From positions 62,925 to 126,924 of the forward strand of contig NW_005434534.1 in the NCBI RefSeq assembly GCF_000315625.1: 64,000 nt of DNA, in the 5' to 3' direction. Made by a program: the position numbers and the translations under genes. The stretch's first letter is position 1; each line of letters begins with the position of its first letter. The stretch comes from Guillardia theta CCMP2712. Lineage: Eukaryota; Protista; Cryptophyta. Positions 52,772 to 64,000 of this stretch are shown piece by piece. The notes beneath the pieces are model-generated. The model made no database searches. It was not told the DNA's origin and worked only from the letters and a program-made list of their open reading frames with translations.

Positions 52772-53293
52772 TCAAGGCTTGCTAAGAATTGTGACTAGCG
52801 TCCTCATCGCGGCTAGGAGAGACCTGGACCGCGAGCGGATGTCACCAGCCAGTTTGTCCATTTGCTCCTTGTGACTGTAGAAAGTGAGAAGAAAACCTTC
52901 CTCCACCTCCTCCTCTTCCTCCCCTCCTCCTCCTCCTCATTTCTCCTTCCTCACCATCCCCATCCCTCACTCACCTCCGGATCTGCCGCAACTCGATGTT
53001 CTCGCCCTCCAATGCTCTCTGCCATCCTGTCTCGTAGGCCTGGGCCGATGTGACTTGCAAGAAAAGGAGCGACGGGAGGAGAGGAGGGGAGAGCACGAGC
53101 AAGGAGAGGAGAGGAGGGGAGAGCACGAGCAAGGAGAGGAGAGGAGGAGTGAACCTGCTGGGCAGTAGCAAAGGAGGCGCAAGTAGTCTTGAAGTGGAGG
53201 AGGAAGTCGAGGATCCTCTGGATGCCGTTGATATTGTGGCTGTCCCTGCCCTTCACCTCACCCACCTCACAGTCTCCTCTTCCTCTTCGTCAT

Positions 53294-53324
<31 letters not shown>

Positions 53325-53404
53325 TCCATCATCATCTCCTCCTCCATCATCATCTCCATCATCATCTCCATCATCATCTCCATCATCATCATCTCCATCA
53401 TCTC

Positions 53405-53464
<60 letters not shown>

Positions 53465-56400
53465 GCTCATCATCATCATCTCACCTCGACACTTTCGCCT
53501 CCTCCTTGAGACTCATCAGCTTCTCGATGCCTTGATGGGAGTGCAACAGGAGCCGGCTGAGCTCTCTGTCCTCTCGCGCCATGAAGCTCTGCGATGAACG
53601 ATCCACTGAGCTTGTAGAAGAGAAGGGAAGAGGACGTGGAGGAAGGCAGGGAGGAGAGAGAGAGTGGAAGGGAGCAGGGGCAGCAGCAGGGCACCTCAAG
53701 CATTCGTGTCCAGTCCTTGAGGCATTCCAGCATTTTTTCCAGTGGAGAAGAATTCGGTCGAGCAGCAGGTACCCTACGACAAAAAGACGTCCTCTCCTGC
53801 AAACTCTTCATCCGCCGCCGTCCCCTCCTCCTCTCCTTGCCGCCTCCTCTGCCCTCCTCCTCTCCTCTCCCTTTCCTCACTTGTCGCTCCTCTCCTCTCT
53901 CTTCCTCTCCATCTTCCTTCTCTCCCTCCGTCCTCACCACCGTCACGAAGTAATCAGCCGTCGTCATACCAATCCTCCTCCTCATCTTCAGCTGCACGCA
54001 GGAATCGACCGGACCACAGAGGAGGTTCTCGATTTCGGCAGTCTCCATGCCCTGCACTGCGTGCTTGCCGATGGCAACAACCTGATCCCCTGCACCTCCG
54101 TCAGGCACCTCCTCCTCCCCGGGTCACAGCAAGACGCACCGATCATGATCGACCGTCCCTCGATCACTTTGCACAAGTCCATCACCTGCGACACCACCAG
54201 CTCCCCCCTCGTTGCCATCTGACACGTTCGTCACTTCCTGCCACCTCACGCCCCCACCCAATCACTCAAGCACCCTGCCTGCTCCTTCTCCTTCTCCCAG
54301 TCCTGCTCCTGCTCCTTCTCCTGCTCCCAGTCCTGCTCCTGCTCCTTCTCCTGCTCCCAGTCCTGCTCCTGCTCCTTCTCCTGCTCCCAGTCCTGCTCCT
54401 GCTCCTTCTCCTGCTCCTCCCCCTCTTTCCTTCTCCTCCCCCCTGCTTCGCCTCCTCCAATCTCGTCGCAGCCTCTCCCTTCTCATCCTTCCCTCCCTCT
54501 TTCCTCATCCCAGGGAAGAAAACTACCATTTCAGGGTAAAACCTCAATCCGACCGAAAATTGCAGCTCACTGTTTGAATCTTGAGACGACAAGAGTCAAA
54601 AACCTTCACACTGCAAGCAGAACCGACCGACCTGGCACAACAGTTCCAGACGACGACGCTGCCTCACTGCCTGCCGCTCGGATGCCGGACGCGGTGGCAG
54701 GGGATGGCTGAAGTCTTGAAGGCGCCACGTTGCAAGGTTGGTGGGTCATGACTTGCCTTTCCTCCCCTCGTGGGTCGGAGAGGTCTCGGGCGGCTGCTGC
54801 TGGGTAGCTGATAGAGACTCTCCCAAAGGAAGTCTGCGAGAGAGGGGTCGCCTTGTGCGCGTTTGACGCTGCCGAAGCTCTCGATATGGTAGCAGCTGCT
54901 GTTGTGTTCCTGATCGCTGACGACGTCGAAGATGGTGGTCGTGCCGCTGGTGTTGTTGTTGAGGATGACGATGATGCTATTGGTGATTTTGCGACTGCTG
55001 CTGTTGATGATGCTGTCACTGATGTTGATGATGACCTCGCTACTGCTCCCATGCCTGATGAAGTTGGTAATCTTGCAACTGTCGCTGTTGTTGAGAAGGA
55101 TGATGATGCTGCTTCTGCGCTTTGCGGTCGACCTGACGGCTGCAACCCTGCCGTTTTTGTCCGTTCTGCATGTTGCCCGGAGTTTTGAGAATTCGATGGC
55201 AGGTCAGAAGACAGAGAGGAGGAGGAGGGATTGACGAAGAAGCCCTGACGAATGACTAGCTCATTCTGGCGAGAGAGCGCGAGGATCTGACAAGTCCAGC
55301 CACAGTCAGACAGGGAGCAAATGATCCAAATCAAGGGGAAGAAATTCTGAGATGAGGAGGATGCAGGGAGGGGGGAGGGAGGAGGAAAGAAAGAAGCCTC
55401 TCACTTCTTGCAGTTCCATTATCGTTTTATGATCTTGAGCGAAGTTGAGACAAGGGTCATCTGCCGTCGTCTCCTTGCACATCATCAGGTCATATGCTCG
55501 CGCTGCAAGCTTGGCCGACTTGAAAGGGGAGTAGCTGATCTGCAGGTAACACAAGGTGAACACTCACTCTTCCCCTCCCCTCCCTGGCCCCAGTCCTTCC
55601 ATCATCCCCCAAGATTCATCGTCCTCACCTTTGAGCCATTGATGTTTGCGATTGCTCGATAGGTGCCGTCTGCGTTCCGTTCGATCCCCTTGTAAGGCGC
55701 TGGCAAGGTCCGTCGAGGCGGCTGGCAAAGGAACAAAATCAATCTCGGTCAGGAGAGAGAAGGCAATAAGTCACTTGAGAGGGAGGACGAGGAGCAGGAG
55801 GAGGAGACATCAGTTGAGCGTGAGGGCGAGCAATCTTGTTGTCACGAGGGTCAGCAGATGCGTCTGGTTTTCTTTTCAAGGGGGGGACTGGCCCTTTTTC
55901 CCTCTGGTGCCCAACTGCCTGGGGAAAAGGATTTAAATTCGAATTTGAAAGAAACCGGAAAACCGGGGGGGGGGGGGGGGGGGAGGAGGCTGGGGAGTTG
56001 ACAAATGAAAGTGACGCACCTGAGGATTCGCGGTATTTTTCAAACTCAAATCAGCACCGCCCGACTTCGCTTGCCTAACGTGGATCTCCTTGCACTGGGG
56101 CACGGCAACGAACAGCTTCTTCGTCGGGAAGTACTTCTGCTCGTAGAAAAAATTGTTCTCCTCCTTCACGAAGCGAGCCAACTCGCCGGGAGGGATCCCT
56201 GACTTGTGGACTATGTTGCAGGTAGTGGAAATGGTAGTAAGGTACTGTTCGTCGTAGTGGTCCGAAGCAAACACTTCCTTGGGGTGCCTCGGATCAGAGC
56301 AATGGACCTCGAACGACGAGTAGAACCAGTTGCATCGCATCATCTTGAAGCCGTCCGCAACGTTCTCCCACAGCTCCAGGACGCGGGCAAGAAAGTAAGG

Positions 56401-58733
56401 ATGCCCTTTAGGAGCGATCAACTTCACCGTCGACCCGATCCCAATCTTCTCCTCCTCCTTGAGCATGACCGCCTCATAGTACTTCCTCTCCTTCTCCTCC
56501 TTCACGCACTCTCCTACCCATCTGAACTGAGAGTGAATCTTCTTGAGCACCAGGAGCTCTGTTTCCCTGGCCCTTCTCGCCGCCTCGTCGCTCGTCTCCA
56601 CTATCAGGTCGTCACACTGGAAGTCTGCCGGCACATCCTCGCAGATTTGAGACTTCACCTCCTCTTCCTCCTCCTTTGCCTCCAAATCTCTTGCATTCTC
56701 CCCATCCTTCTCCTTCTCCTCTTTTCCCCTATCTTCTTCTTGCCCATTCCCAACCTTTTCTATCCTGTCCACCTCCTTCTCTCCCGCTCCCTCTTCATTT
56801 CTGCCCTCTCTGTTGTGATCCCCATGGTATGCGTTTGACGTCAGATGTTCACGCTCGCTCGTCTTGTCGCAATCGGACGATTCCACGTCTTCCGCCTCCT
56901 GCAAGATTCACGTCAGCGAGTGAGACGAACAACGAGCTTGTTCACCGAGGGAGAGTACTCTTGTGGAGACTCAGAGGCTGCAGCAACGTGTGAGGTGAAG
57001 TGAGGGCAGGAGCAGGAGGGCAAAACCTGAAATGTCGAGGTTGTCTTCGCTCTCTGTCCGCTCATCCAACACCTCTACCGAGTCATTTTCCGAGCTGCAC
57101 GCTGCCGATGACTTCTGCAGAGCGTCTTGTATACATCTCTCAGATATGGACTCGTACGAGATTGCCATGCGTATTCCTTGTGCGAGCCCAGGAACTTCGT
57201 CGACAAAGAATATTTGCTTCTGTGCTGCAGATGCCGGAAGCGGCTCCGAAAGAAACCTGATACCAAACTTTGTCTTCTTGTACAGCTTGTCTGCATCCTG
57301 GGAACAGCTTCGCAGATCACAAACGATCGGAATGCCATAATGTGTGTCCACGTCATCGATCTGCAGATCTCGACTCGCAGTCTCGTCGGGAGTCGCGCGA
57401 GCATTCATGAACGAGTCCAATGAGAACGCCAGAAACAAGCCAGACCAGAGGGATGAGGATCGTTCAGTCACGACGACAAGCACCTCGCCATCGGCTCCGG
57501 CAGCCCTGGAGACTCGAAAGACAAACGAAACTCCCTCACATGCCTCGGCGGTCACGAGATCTTCCGGAAGAGCATCATGCGGAATCGAAACACGAGCGAT
57601 GAGGAAGCTGCAAAAAGGGTCGGACCGATCGCGCCGAGAAGCTTCTTCACCATACAGTAGCTCATCATGCAGGTAGTCTGCGACATGTCGTCCTCTCAAG
57701 TGCTCTTGAAGTTTCGCTTTCCGAATGGTCATGGCTTGCAGCCTCAACAAACAGGACCATTCCTCTCCCTCTCCCTCTCCCTCTCCCTCTCCCTCTCCCT
57801 CTCCCTCTCCCTCTCCCTCTCCCTCTCCCTCNNNNNNNNNNNNNNNNNNNNNNNNNNNNNNNNNNNNNNNNNNNNNNNNNNNNNNNNNNNNNNNNNNNNN
57901 NNNNNNNNNNNNNNNNNNNNNNNNNNNNNNNCGCACGAGCGTGCTTCATCTTCCATGCCAACACGCTTTTCCTGATTTCGATGTCCCATTTGATCATCAA
58001 GAGGCGAGTCTTTGCTCCAACCTTCTCCTTCCCGCTCCTCCGGAGTTCCAAGTGAGGCACGGGGGTTCGTTTCAGGATTGACGTCCTTGGTTCTCGTTTC
58101 ATCCTCTTCTCGTCTGGTCCTCGGGGCTCGAGAAACCTCCTCCTGGGCATTCGAAATCTCCCTGCTACTACCAATCTCCTGTGACCCGTTTGAGGGGCTG
58201 CACAGCTCTATTCGCTCGCTATCCGACGACCCGTCCGACCCTATCGCTCTCGCTTGATTGGCCAACGGCAAGGAGTTGCTCGCACCCGAGGGACTCTCTC
58301 GAAGTCCTCCATCCTTGCTCGAAGCAGCACACTGTGTTCCTGCTTGTGTAAGATCTTCATCCGGGGCCCTCTTGCTGCAACCCTTGAAGTCTTTGGACGC
58401 GCTACCGCCTGCTGCACGTTCATTGCAGATCTGGTCCGGAGGTGGCCTGAGGTCAGATGGCCGCAAGTCCGCATCTGCTCCTGTATCGGGGCGATGTTTG
58501 TGATTGCTCTGGGACTCAGCATCAGCATCATCAGCATCATCAGCATCATCATCGTCGGATATCAGCAATATTGTGCCATCATCGCGCATGATTGAGAGGA
58601 GCTCACGTACTCCTATACTCTTGCCATGTGAGGGATTCTCATGCCCAGTGGACTCGATGGTCGTGGAGACAATGATGAAACTTATCCAGGGATCATCTAT
58701 GAGGAAACAGCCGTCAGACGGAAGCAACGCCAA
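52772..58733 (-). CDS. Multidomain protein: BAH + AP2/ERF DNA-binding domain + PDZ + coiled coil; 5' end uncertain (possibly ~59000)
   Basis: BAH (YFLARVLELWE..MMRCNWFY..EVFASDHYD), AP2 (YKGIER..TYRAIANING..FKSAKLAARAYD..LNF), PDZ (VGLRF..IGDQVVAIG..EIENLLCGPVDSCVQL), joined in frame by GT-AG introns. Confidence 0.8.
53288..53480. repeat. (CAT)n-rich microsatellite, intronic
   Basis: Direct observation; source of the poly-His/poly-Met ORFs. Confidence 0.9.
54275..54420. repeat. 30-bp intronic minisatellite (TCCTGCTCCTGCTCCTTCTCCTGCTCCCAG)
   Basis: About 4-5 tandem copies. Confidence 0.9.
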
Positions 58734-59497
58734 GTGAACATACTTTCGTCACATTCAATCCAACAAACACAACTGAGCTGCTATCTCAGGCATATCTGAT
58801 GAGACCATGAAGACAATAGGCCCCATATTTGCATAGACCACTTATGACATCAGACCCTTCAGTTCTCCATGTGGTGGACGTTGAATGCTCGTTTCTCAGC
58901 TTCTTCGCTTCATCATGCGCAAATCCTACCAACATGGTGTTCTTTGAACCATGCTTCCTCCAGATCAACGAACTTTCCTGCTCACTTCCTCGCATCGCCA
59001 TCAACTACCCTTCCCCTCTCAATCTAGCATTATCTCTCCTCCCCTCTGCCGCTCCCACCCGCCCATCCGAGTAGGATGCTGCATCGCATGTGAGACAGTC
59101 GTCCCGCCATGCAGTGGTCAGAGGTGGGATGTGGGCTAGTTTGGTAAGAATTCTCCCGGGCCCAGTCAGACCGGCGGCCCTGAGGAGGCCGTCTACCCGG
59201 TTGAGTAAAAGTTAGTACGGCATCGTTGGTGTTGTGCTCTGCCTGCTGGGAACGGTGGGAGCGATGCAGGGAAAGGGCGTGACGCGTACGGGAGAGGAGA
59301 CGGAGACGTAGAGCGGGAGGGAGACGGCGAGGAAGCTGAAGCAGAGCAGACGAGAGCTAGCGCGATCGTAAGATTGAAGTGTACTGTGACATCGGAAGCA
59401 GTGGAGGAAGGAAAAGGTATCCCAGGACCTCAGGACTGGAGGCGGTGTAAAGGGGGGAGGGAAGGAGTGAAATCCAATCTGGCAAGCAGCTGAAACA

Positions 59498-61376
59498 ATG
59501 CAAATGGAGAAAGCAAATTCTTTTCTTCTCCTTGCTGTCTTCATGGTATGCCTCACCGATGCTGTTCTCAGTTCAACTAGCAATCAAACTATTGCATGCG
59601 GAGGATGTACATTTGTAGTCTCGCCAGACGGATCCTTGTTCCGAGCTGGCGTCTGCAGCCAAGATTGCACCTTCCTCGACCTCTCGCTTCGCGGCATCAA
59701 GAATGTCTCTCAAGGCGCTTTCGCAGGCATGACCAACCTCTACCACCTCTCCCTCGCCTCCAACGAGCTCGCTGACTTGGATGCTGCCGCCTTTGACGGG
59801 CTTGCTGACCTCTACTATCTCTTCCTGTCGGGCAACCAGCTGACAAGGCTTCCTGCTGGGATCTTCGACGGGCTGTCGAGCCTCTACCTAGTGTCGCTCG
59901 AGAACAACAAGCTCGAGCAGCTGCAGGAGGGCGTCTTCGACGCGGTCTCGGGGAGCCTGCGGTTCCTCTTTCTCTCCAACAACCAGCTCACGGCGCTGCC
60001 CTCCAGGCTGATGAGTGAAGGGTCGAGCCTGTACTACCTCTTTCTCTCGGGCAACCAGCTGTCCAGCGTACCTGCCCAGACGTTCCATGGCCTCTACCAT
60101 CTCTACTTCCTGTCCCTGGACCACAACAAGCTCTCAAGCCTGGCCGTTGACACGTTCGACGTGCTCTACAGCCTGGAGTGGCTGCTGCTTGACAACAACA
60201 AGCTCCCATGTATACCGACGATGGCTTTCAGGTACCTGCCGCAAGCGTACATAGACGTCCGGAACAACTCGATCCAGTGCTACCAGACGCAATGGCCGTC
60301 GTTTCTCCTTCACGATGCCGCCCTGCGCCCCTGCAAGGAGTCGACGGACTGCAACGGCACGAGCAGGTCGGTGCTGTGTCCGGTAGGAAGCTACAGCAGC
60401 ACCGGCACCCTCAAGGACCTCGAGGACTGCGGGGGCATACGCGGACGGGGCGACTGTACTTGCGCCATGTCGTCCTTGTACTCGCCAAGCTTCGCCTGCA
60501 CCAACGGCTACGACAACAACCCCTTCAGCATCATGCACACGCAGTTCTACTCGACCAACTGGCTCCGGATCGACTTGGGCGCTGCCGACGGCTTGTCCAA
60601 GGACATCAGCCGAGTCAGCTTGGTGAGCCGAGCGGACTGCTGCTGGGACAGAGCCAGCTACAGCAAGGTATACATCGGCGACGACGACACGTCAGCCTTG
60701 AACAACGTCCTGTGCGGCACATACGGGGCCTTCACCTCTGGCACTGAGCAGCAGACGCTGGAGTGCCGGCTGAGGGGAAGGTACGCGTGGGTATACAAGG
60801 CGTACTCGACGGAGCCGATGAACTGGGCGGAGATCACGATCCGAGGGTGCGACCCATGCCCGGAAGGTCTTACGACAGAGGGAGAAGGAGCGACGTCGAT
60901 CGCCCAGTGCGTCAATCTGAGCGGCCATGGCCCTTTCATCAGCCATCAGGTCAACTCCAGCAGCTACCCAGCTGGATCCAAGATCCCCCCCATGAACTCC
61001 ATGGAGCACTGCCGACTGAACGCGTCGTGGTATCAGATCCTTTCCAACATAGACCGAAGCTCCCGCGCGGTGAAACTGAGCTACAAGACTGGGGGCCTCG
61101 GGAAGCTGATGACTCTGGGAGCGGAGGAGGTCTGGGTATGTCAATACGGGCACCCTTGCTCTCAGAACACGAGCAGCTTTGATCTGCTTCAGGTCAGTGG
61201 GAATTGCTCACAGCAGAACTGCTTTAAGTTCTTTGCAGGATGGACTTGACGCCTTCTGCTTCATCTATGACGAGATTGGGTGTACCTTGTTGCTGACAAA
61301 GCTCCTTAAGTGCTAACTTGTGATGTTCAGGGAAAAGTTTCGACCATGGGGGCTCATGTCAGAGCTGGGGCTGTAA
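59498..61376 (+). CDS. Secreted LRR protein with an F-type lectin (fucolectin) domain flanked by Cys-rich repeats
   Basis: Signal peptide; ~8 24-aa LRRs (LxxLxLxxNxLxxLPxxxF); HT..WLRIDLG..RADCCWDR..LRGRYAWV..WAEITI; CPVGSYS and CDPCPEGLTT..GATSIAQC. Confidence 0.88.
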
Positions 61377-61569
61377 CTTTCTATCGCCGAGTTGACTCGC
61401 TCATGCCCTCACTTTCGCCTACCATCCTTCTTTTGTACAAAATTTGTTTTGTGATACCTGCGTGGTACTCAGTCACAGGCTGTGACCCCCCGGATGAGAA
61501 TGCCAATATGCCAATGTTTCTTTACGGCACTCCGTAACTAGTAAAAGCCTTCAAGAAACCTGTCAAGCA

Positions 61570-61830
61570 AACACGGTTGTACCGCACCATCTACTGTGTC
61601 ACCGTGGCAGTCAGTTCAGCCTGACGCATACGGCCGCCGCCCCGCCGCCCCCCGGGCAAGCCGCCGTTGCCTCACACTGACGGTCTACCTCACGGTCTGC
61701 ACAAAGTGACTCGGGGGGGCCACGAATGCCGCCGGGGCCCTGCTGAGCCTCGGAGCCTGGGGCAGTGAACTGGGGCTGGAATTGGGGCTAGAACTGGGTT
61801 CCGAAGACCAGTCCGTGACGGATCACATGG
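61570..61830. promoter_or_regulatory. GC-rich CCG/ACGGT island
   Basis: cggccgccgcccgccgccccccggg, gtgactcgggg, repeated ctggggct. Confidence 0.35.
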
Positions 61831-62354
61831 ATCTTATGTTAGAGCCCAGACTTGCCGAGCCCAAAAAACTGATAAATTGTAACTCAGTGTTCTGGAACGG
61901 CGTATGGTACTCCATTCCGACTATTCGATGGAATGACCAGAGGAAGCATCCACGGGGCGGACAATACCCCTGGTTATCTGTATATAAGCATGGGGTTCTG
62001 TCTTCTTCTCCTATTTCACTCTGCCTTTCTCTCTCTCTCTTCCCTCCTCTCTCCTCCCTTCTCTGTTATCTTCCTATCTCTTGCTCTGCTTTATAAATAC
62101 TCTTATCTCAGAAGTCAATCACCTACCTGCTCTAACTTCGCTATAACTGCATACAATCCATCAGTCCGAAGACTGGTTCGAAGCCCTGTCCGATCAGCTG
62201 ACGTTCCGATCCGAAGCCGCAGTGGATCAGGCAGTGGATCCGAAGCAGGATCCGAAGACACTGGGGTGAGCTGAGCGGGGACGAGGGCTTCTCCCATATA
62301 AGGCTTGATGAGCAGCATGAGAACGAGAGGGGGAGGGAGGGGGGAGTGAAGTGA

Positions 62355-62560
62355 AGATAAGGTAAAGACGAGACAAGAGAACCATAGATGGTAGAAGATA
62401 AGGAAAAGACGAGACAAGAGAACCATAGATGGTAGAAGATAAGGTAAAGACGAGACAAGAGAACCATAGATGGTAGAAGATAAGGTGAAGACGAGACAAG
62501 AGAACCATAGATGGTAGAAGATAAGGTAAAGACGAGACAAGAGAACCATAGATGGTAGAA
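62355..62560. repeat. 41-bp minisatellite, 5 copies
   Basis: AGATAAGGTAAAGACGAGACAAGAGAACCATAGATGGTAGA at 62355, 62396, 62437, 62478 and 62519. Confidence 0.95.
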
Positions 62561-62639
62561 GTAAAGTTTGAGGATCAGACATGCATTTTGGGACTGTAGA
62601 AGATTGTTTGGACATTGATTCCATACCTCCAGGCATTCC

Positions 62640-63825
62640 ATGCTTGACAAGTCACTTCATGAATCTACTTGCAAGAAGAAGCTGCTGGCTGCACTGAGTT
62701 TCCTGCTGCTCCTTCAAGCCAGCGAGTCTTTCGTGCCGCACTTGGCGTTCCAACGTCGTCCTGGTGTCCGAGCTTGCCGGGCGCACCCACGCTGGGACAT
62801 GTCGACCTACGGCCTCGGGTTTGATTTCGGCACTTCAGGTGCTCGGATCAACGTCGTAGAGGAGGAGAACCTGGAGGTCGTGTATGAAGCTTCCTGCTCC
62901 TACAGCGACCAGACCCCGCAAGTCTGGGTGGACGCGCTCGAGTCCCTGACTACCAACGTCCCCGAGGAGGTTGGCTGGAGGACGACAGTGCGAGCATACC
63001 TGACGTTCCTGCAGATCCGAAAGTCCATCAAGAGGATCAGCGTTAGCGGGACTTCGGCGTCAGTGATGATATACAACACGAGGAAGGGGCTGGTGACCCG
63101 GGGCCCCCGCATGTATGACTTCTCCGCATCAGCTGACAGCGTCAAGGTCGTGTCAGGTAGACGAGTATGCTCTATCTCCTCTCGCTCACTCCTCCTCCTC
63201 CTCCTCCTCCTCCTCTCAGCGTTCGCACCGCCGGGTCACACTGTCCGCTCACCGACCTCCACGCTGCCCAAATTGATCATGTGGAACCAAGAGGAGAAGA
63301 TCGGAGCGGACGAAGTCTTGTGTAAGAAAGGAAGCAGCTTCTTGTTCCTGCGAGTGAAGTTTGTCCTGCCCAGGTCATCAGGCCGACTTCTTGTCGAGCC
63401 AGGTGCTCCTCGTACTCGACAACTCGATTCGTTGCACTCCCACTGTCGCTTCTCCTTCTCCTTCGCCTCCTCGTCCTCGTCGTCATACTGCTCTCCTTTC
63501 TCTCCAAATGCTCTTGTTCTGCTTCTCCTTATCGCAGAGTTCTCGCAGTTTTCAGGCAGGACTGACAGGTTTGTGTCGGACTGGAACAACGTTCTCAAAC
63601 TGGTTCGTGCGGTCATGCCCTGCTGCTGCTCTGCTGCTGCTGCTCTGCTGCTGCTGCTGCTGCTGCTTCTGCTCGTCTTCAGATTGTTCATTCATGACCG
63701 TGTTCATGTTTTGTTCTTGGGTCAATGATGATCTGTTTGCACTGACAGGGTTATGACGTCAAGAACTTGCAATATCCGCAGTGGATGGCTGACCTCTTTG
63801 CTGCTCAGAAGCTCTCGACTGACAT
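62640..63825 (+). CDS. FGGY-family carbohydrate kinase (XK1/D-ribulose kinase-like) with bipartite leader; runs off the window
   Basis: LLLLQASES-FVPH leader; GFDFGTSGAR, SVSGTSAS, SPTSTLPKL, HQADFL, SDWNNVLKLGYDV. Confidence 0.87.
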
Positions 63826-63879
63826 GTAAGAAATCCTTATGGAAGGAAGAAGAGGAAGGGGGGAGGAAGGAAGAGAGGG

Positions 63880-64000
63880 GGAGAGGGGGAGGAGGGGGAG
63901 GAGGGGGAGGAGGGGGAGGAGGGGGAGGAGGGGGAGGAGGGGGAGGAGGGGGGAGGAGGGGGAGGAGGGGGAGGAGGGGGAGGAGGGGGAGGAGGGGGAG
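63880..64000. repeat. (GGGGGAGGA)n purine repeat, intronic
   Basis: Direct observation after a GTAAG donor. Confidence 0.9.

Noticed and set aside
53050-53535. Poly-His, poly-Met and poly-Ser ORFs as metal-binding proteins
   Set aside because: Translations of an intronic (CAT)n microsatellite in the minus-strand gene

Overview
Gene-dense eukaryotic nuclear DNA with many short (~40-60 nt) spliceosomal introns, microsatellite-expanded introns and five 100-N assembly gaps. Bipartite (signal peptide + Phe-starting transit peptide) leaders and the intron style suggest a cryptophyte-like alga with a secondary plastid (inference). Recognisable genes: CmcI-family methyltransferase, SH3 protein, RING-less RGLG/copine vWA protein, a strongly diverged eIF1A, RPA-interacting protein, sphingolipid C9-methyltransferase-like enzyme, mitochondrial carrier, Rab18, tRNA-Glu(CTC), frameshifted IP3R/RyR-like pore fragment, LRR-protein kinase, ankyrin protein, myosin, a BAH+AP2+PDZ multidomain protein, a secreted LRR + F-type lectin protein and an FGGY (XK1/D-ribulokinase-like) kinase. 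Most notable: (1) four intronless paralogues at 12.6-24.8 kb sharing an unrecognised ~55-aa domain, two of them joined by a 773-bp near-identical duplication; (2) a GGGGTR/YACCCC motif cloud that marks gene 5' ends; (3) the BAH-AP2-PDZ architecture; (4) an eIF1A with its ribosome/mRNA-contact residues replaced. Gene models were spliced by eye, so boundaries are approximate where stated.
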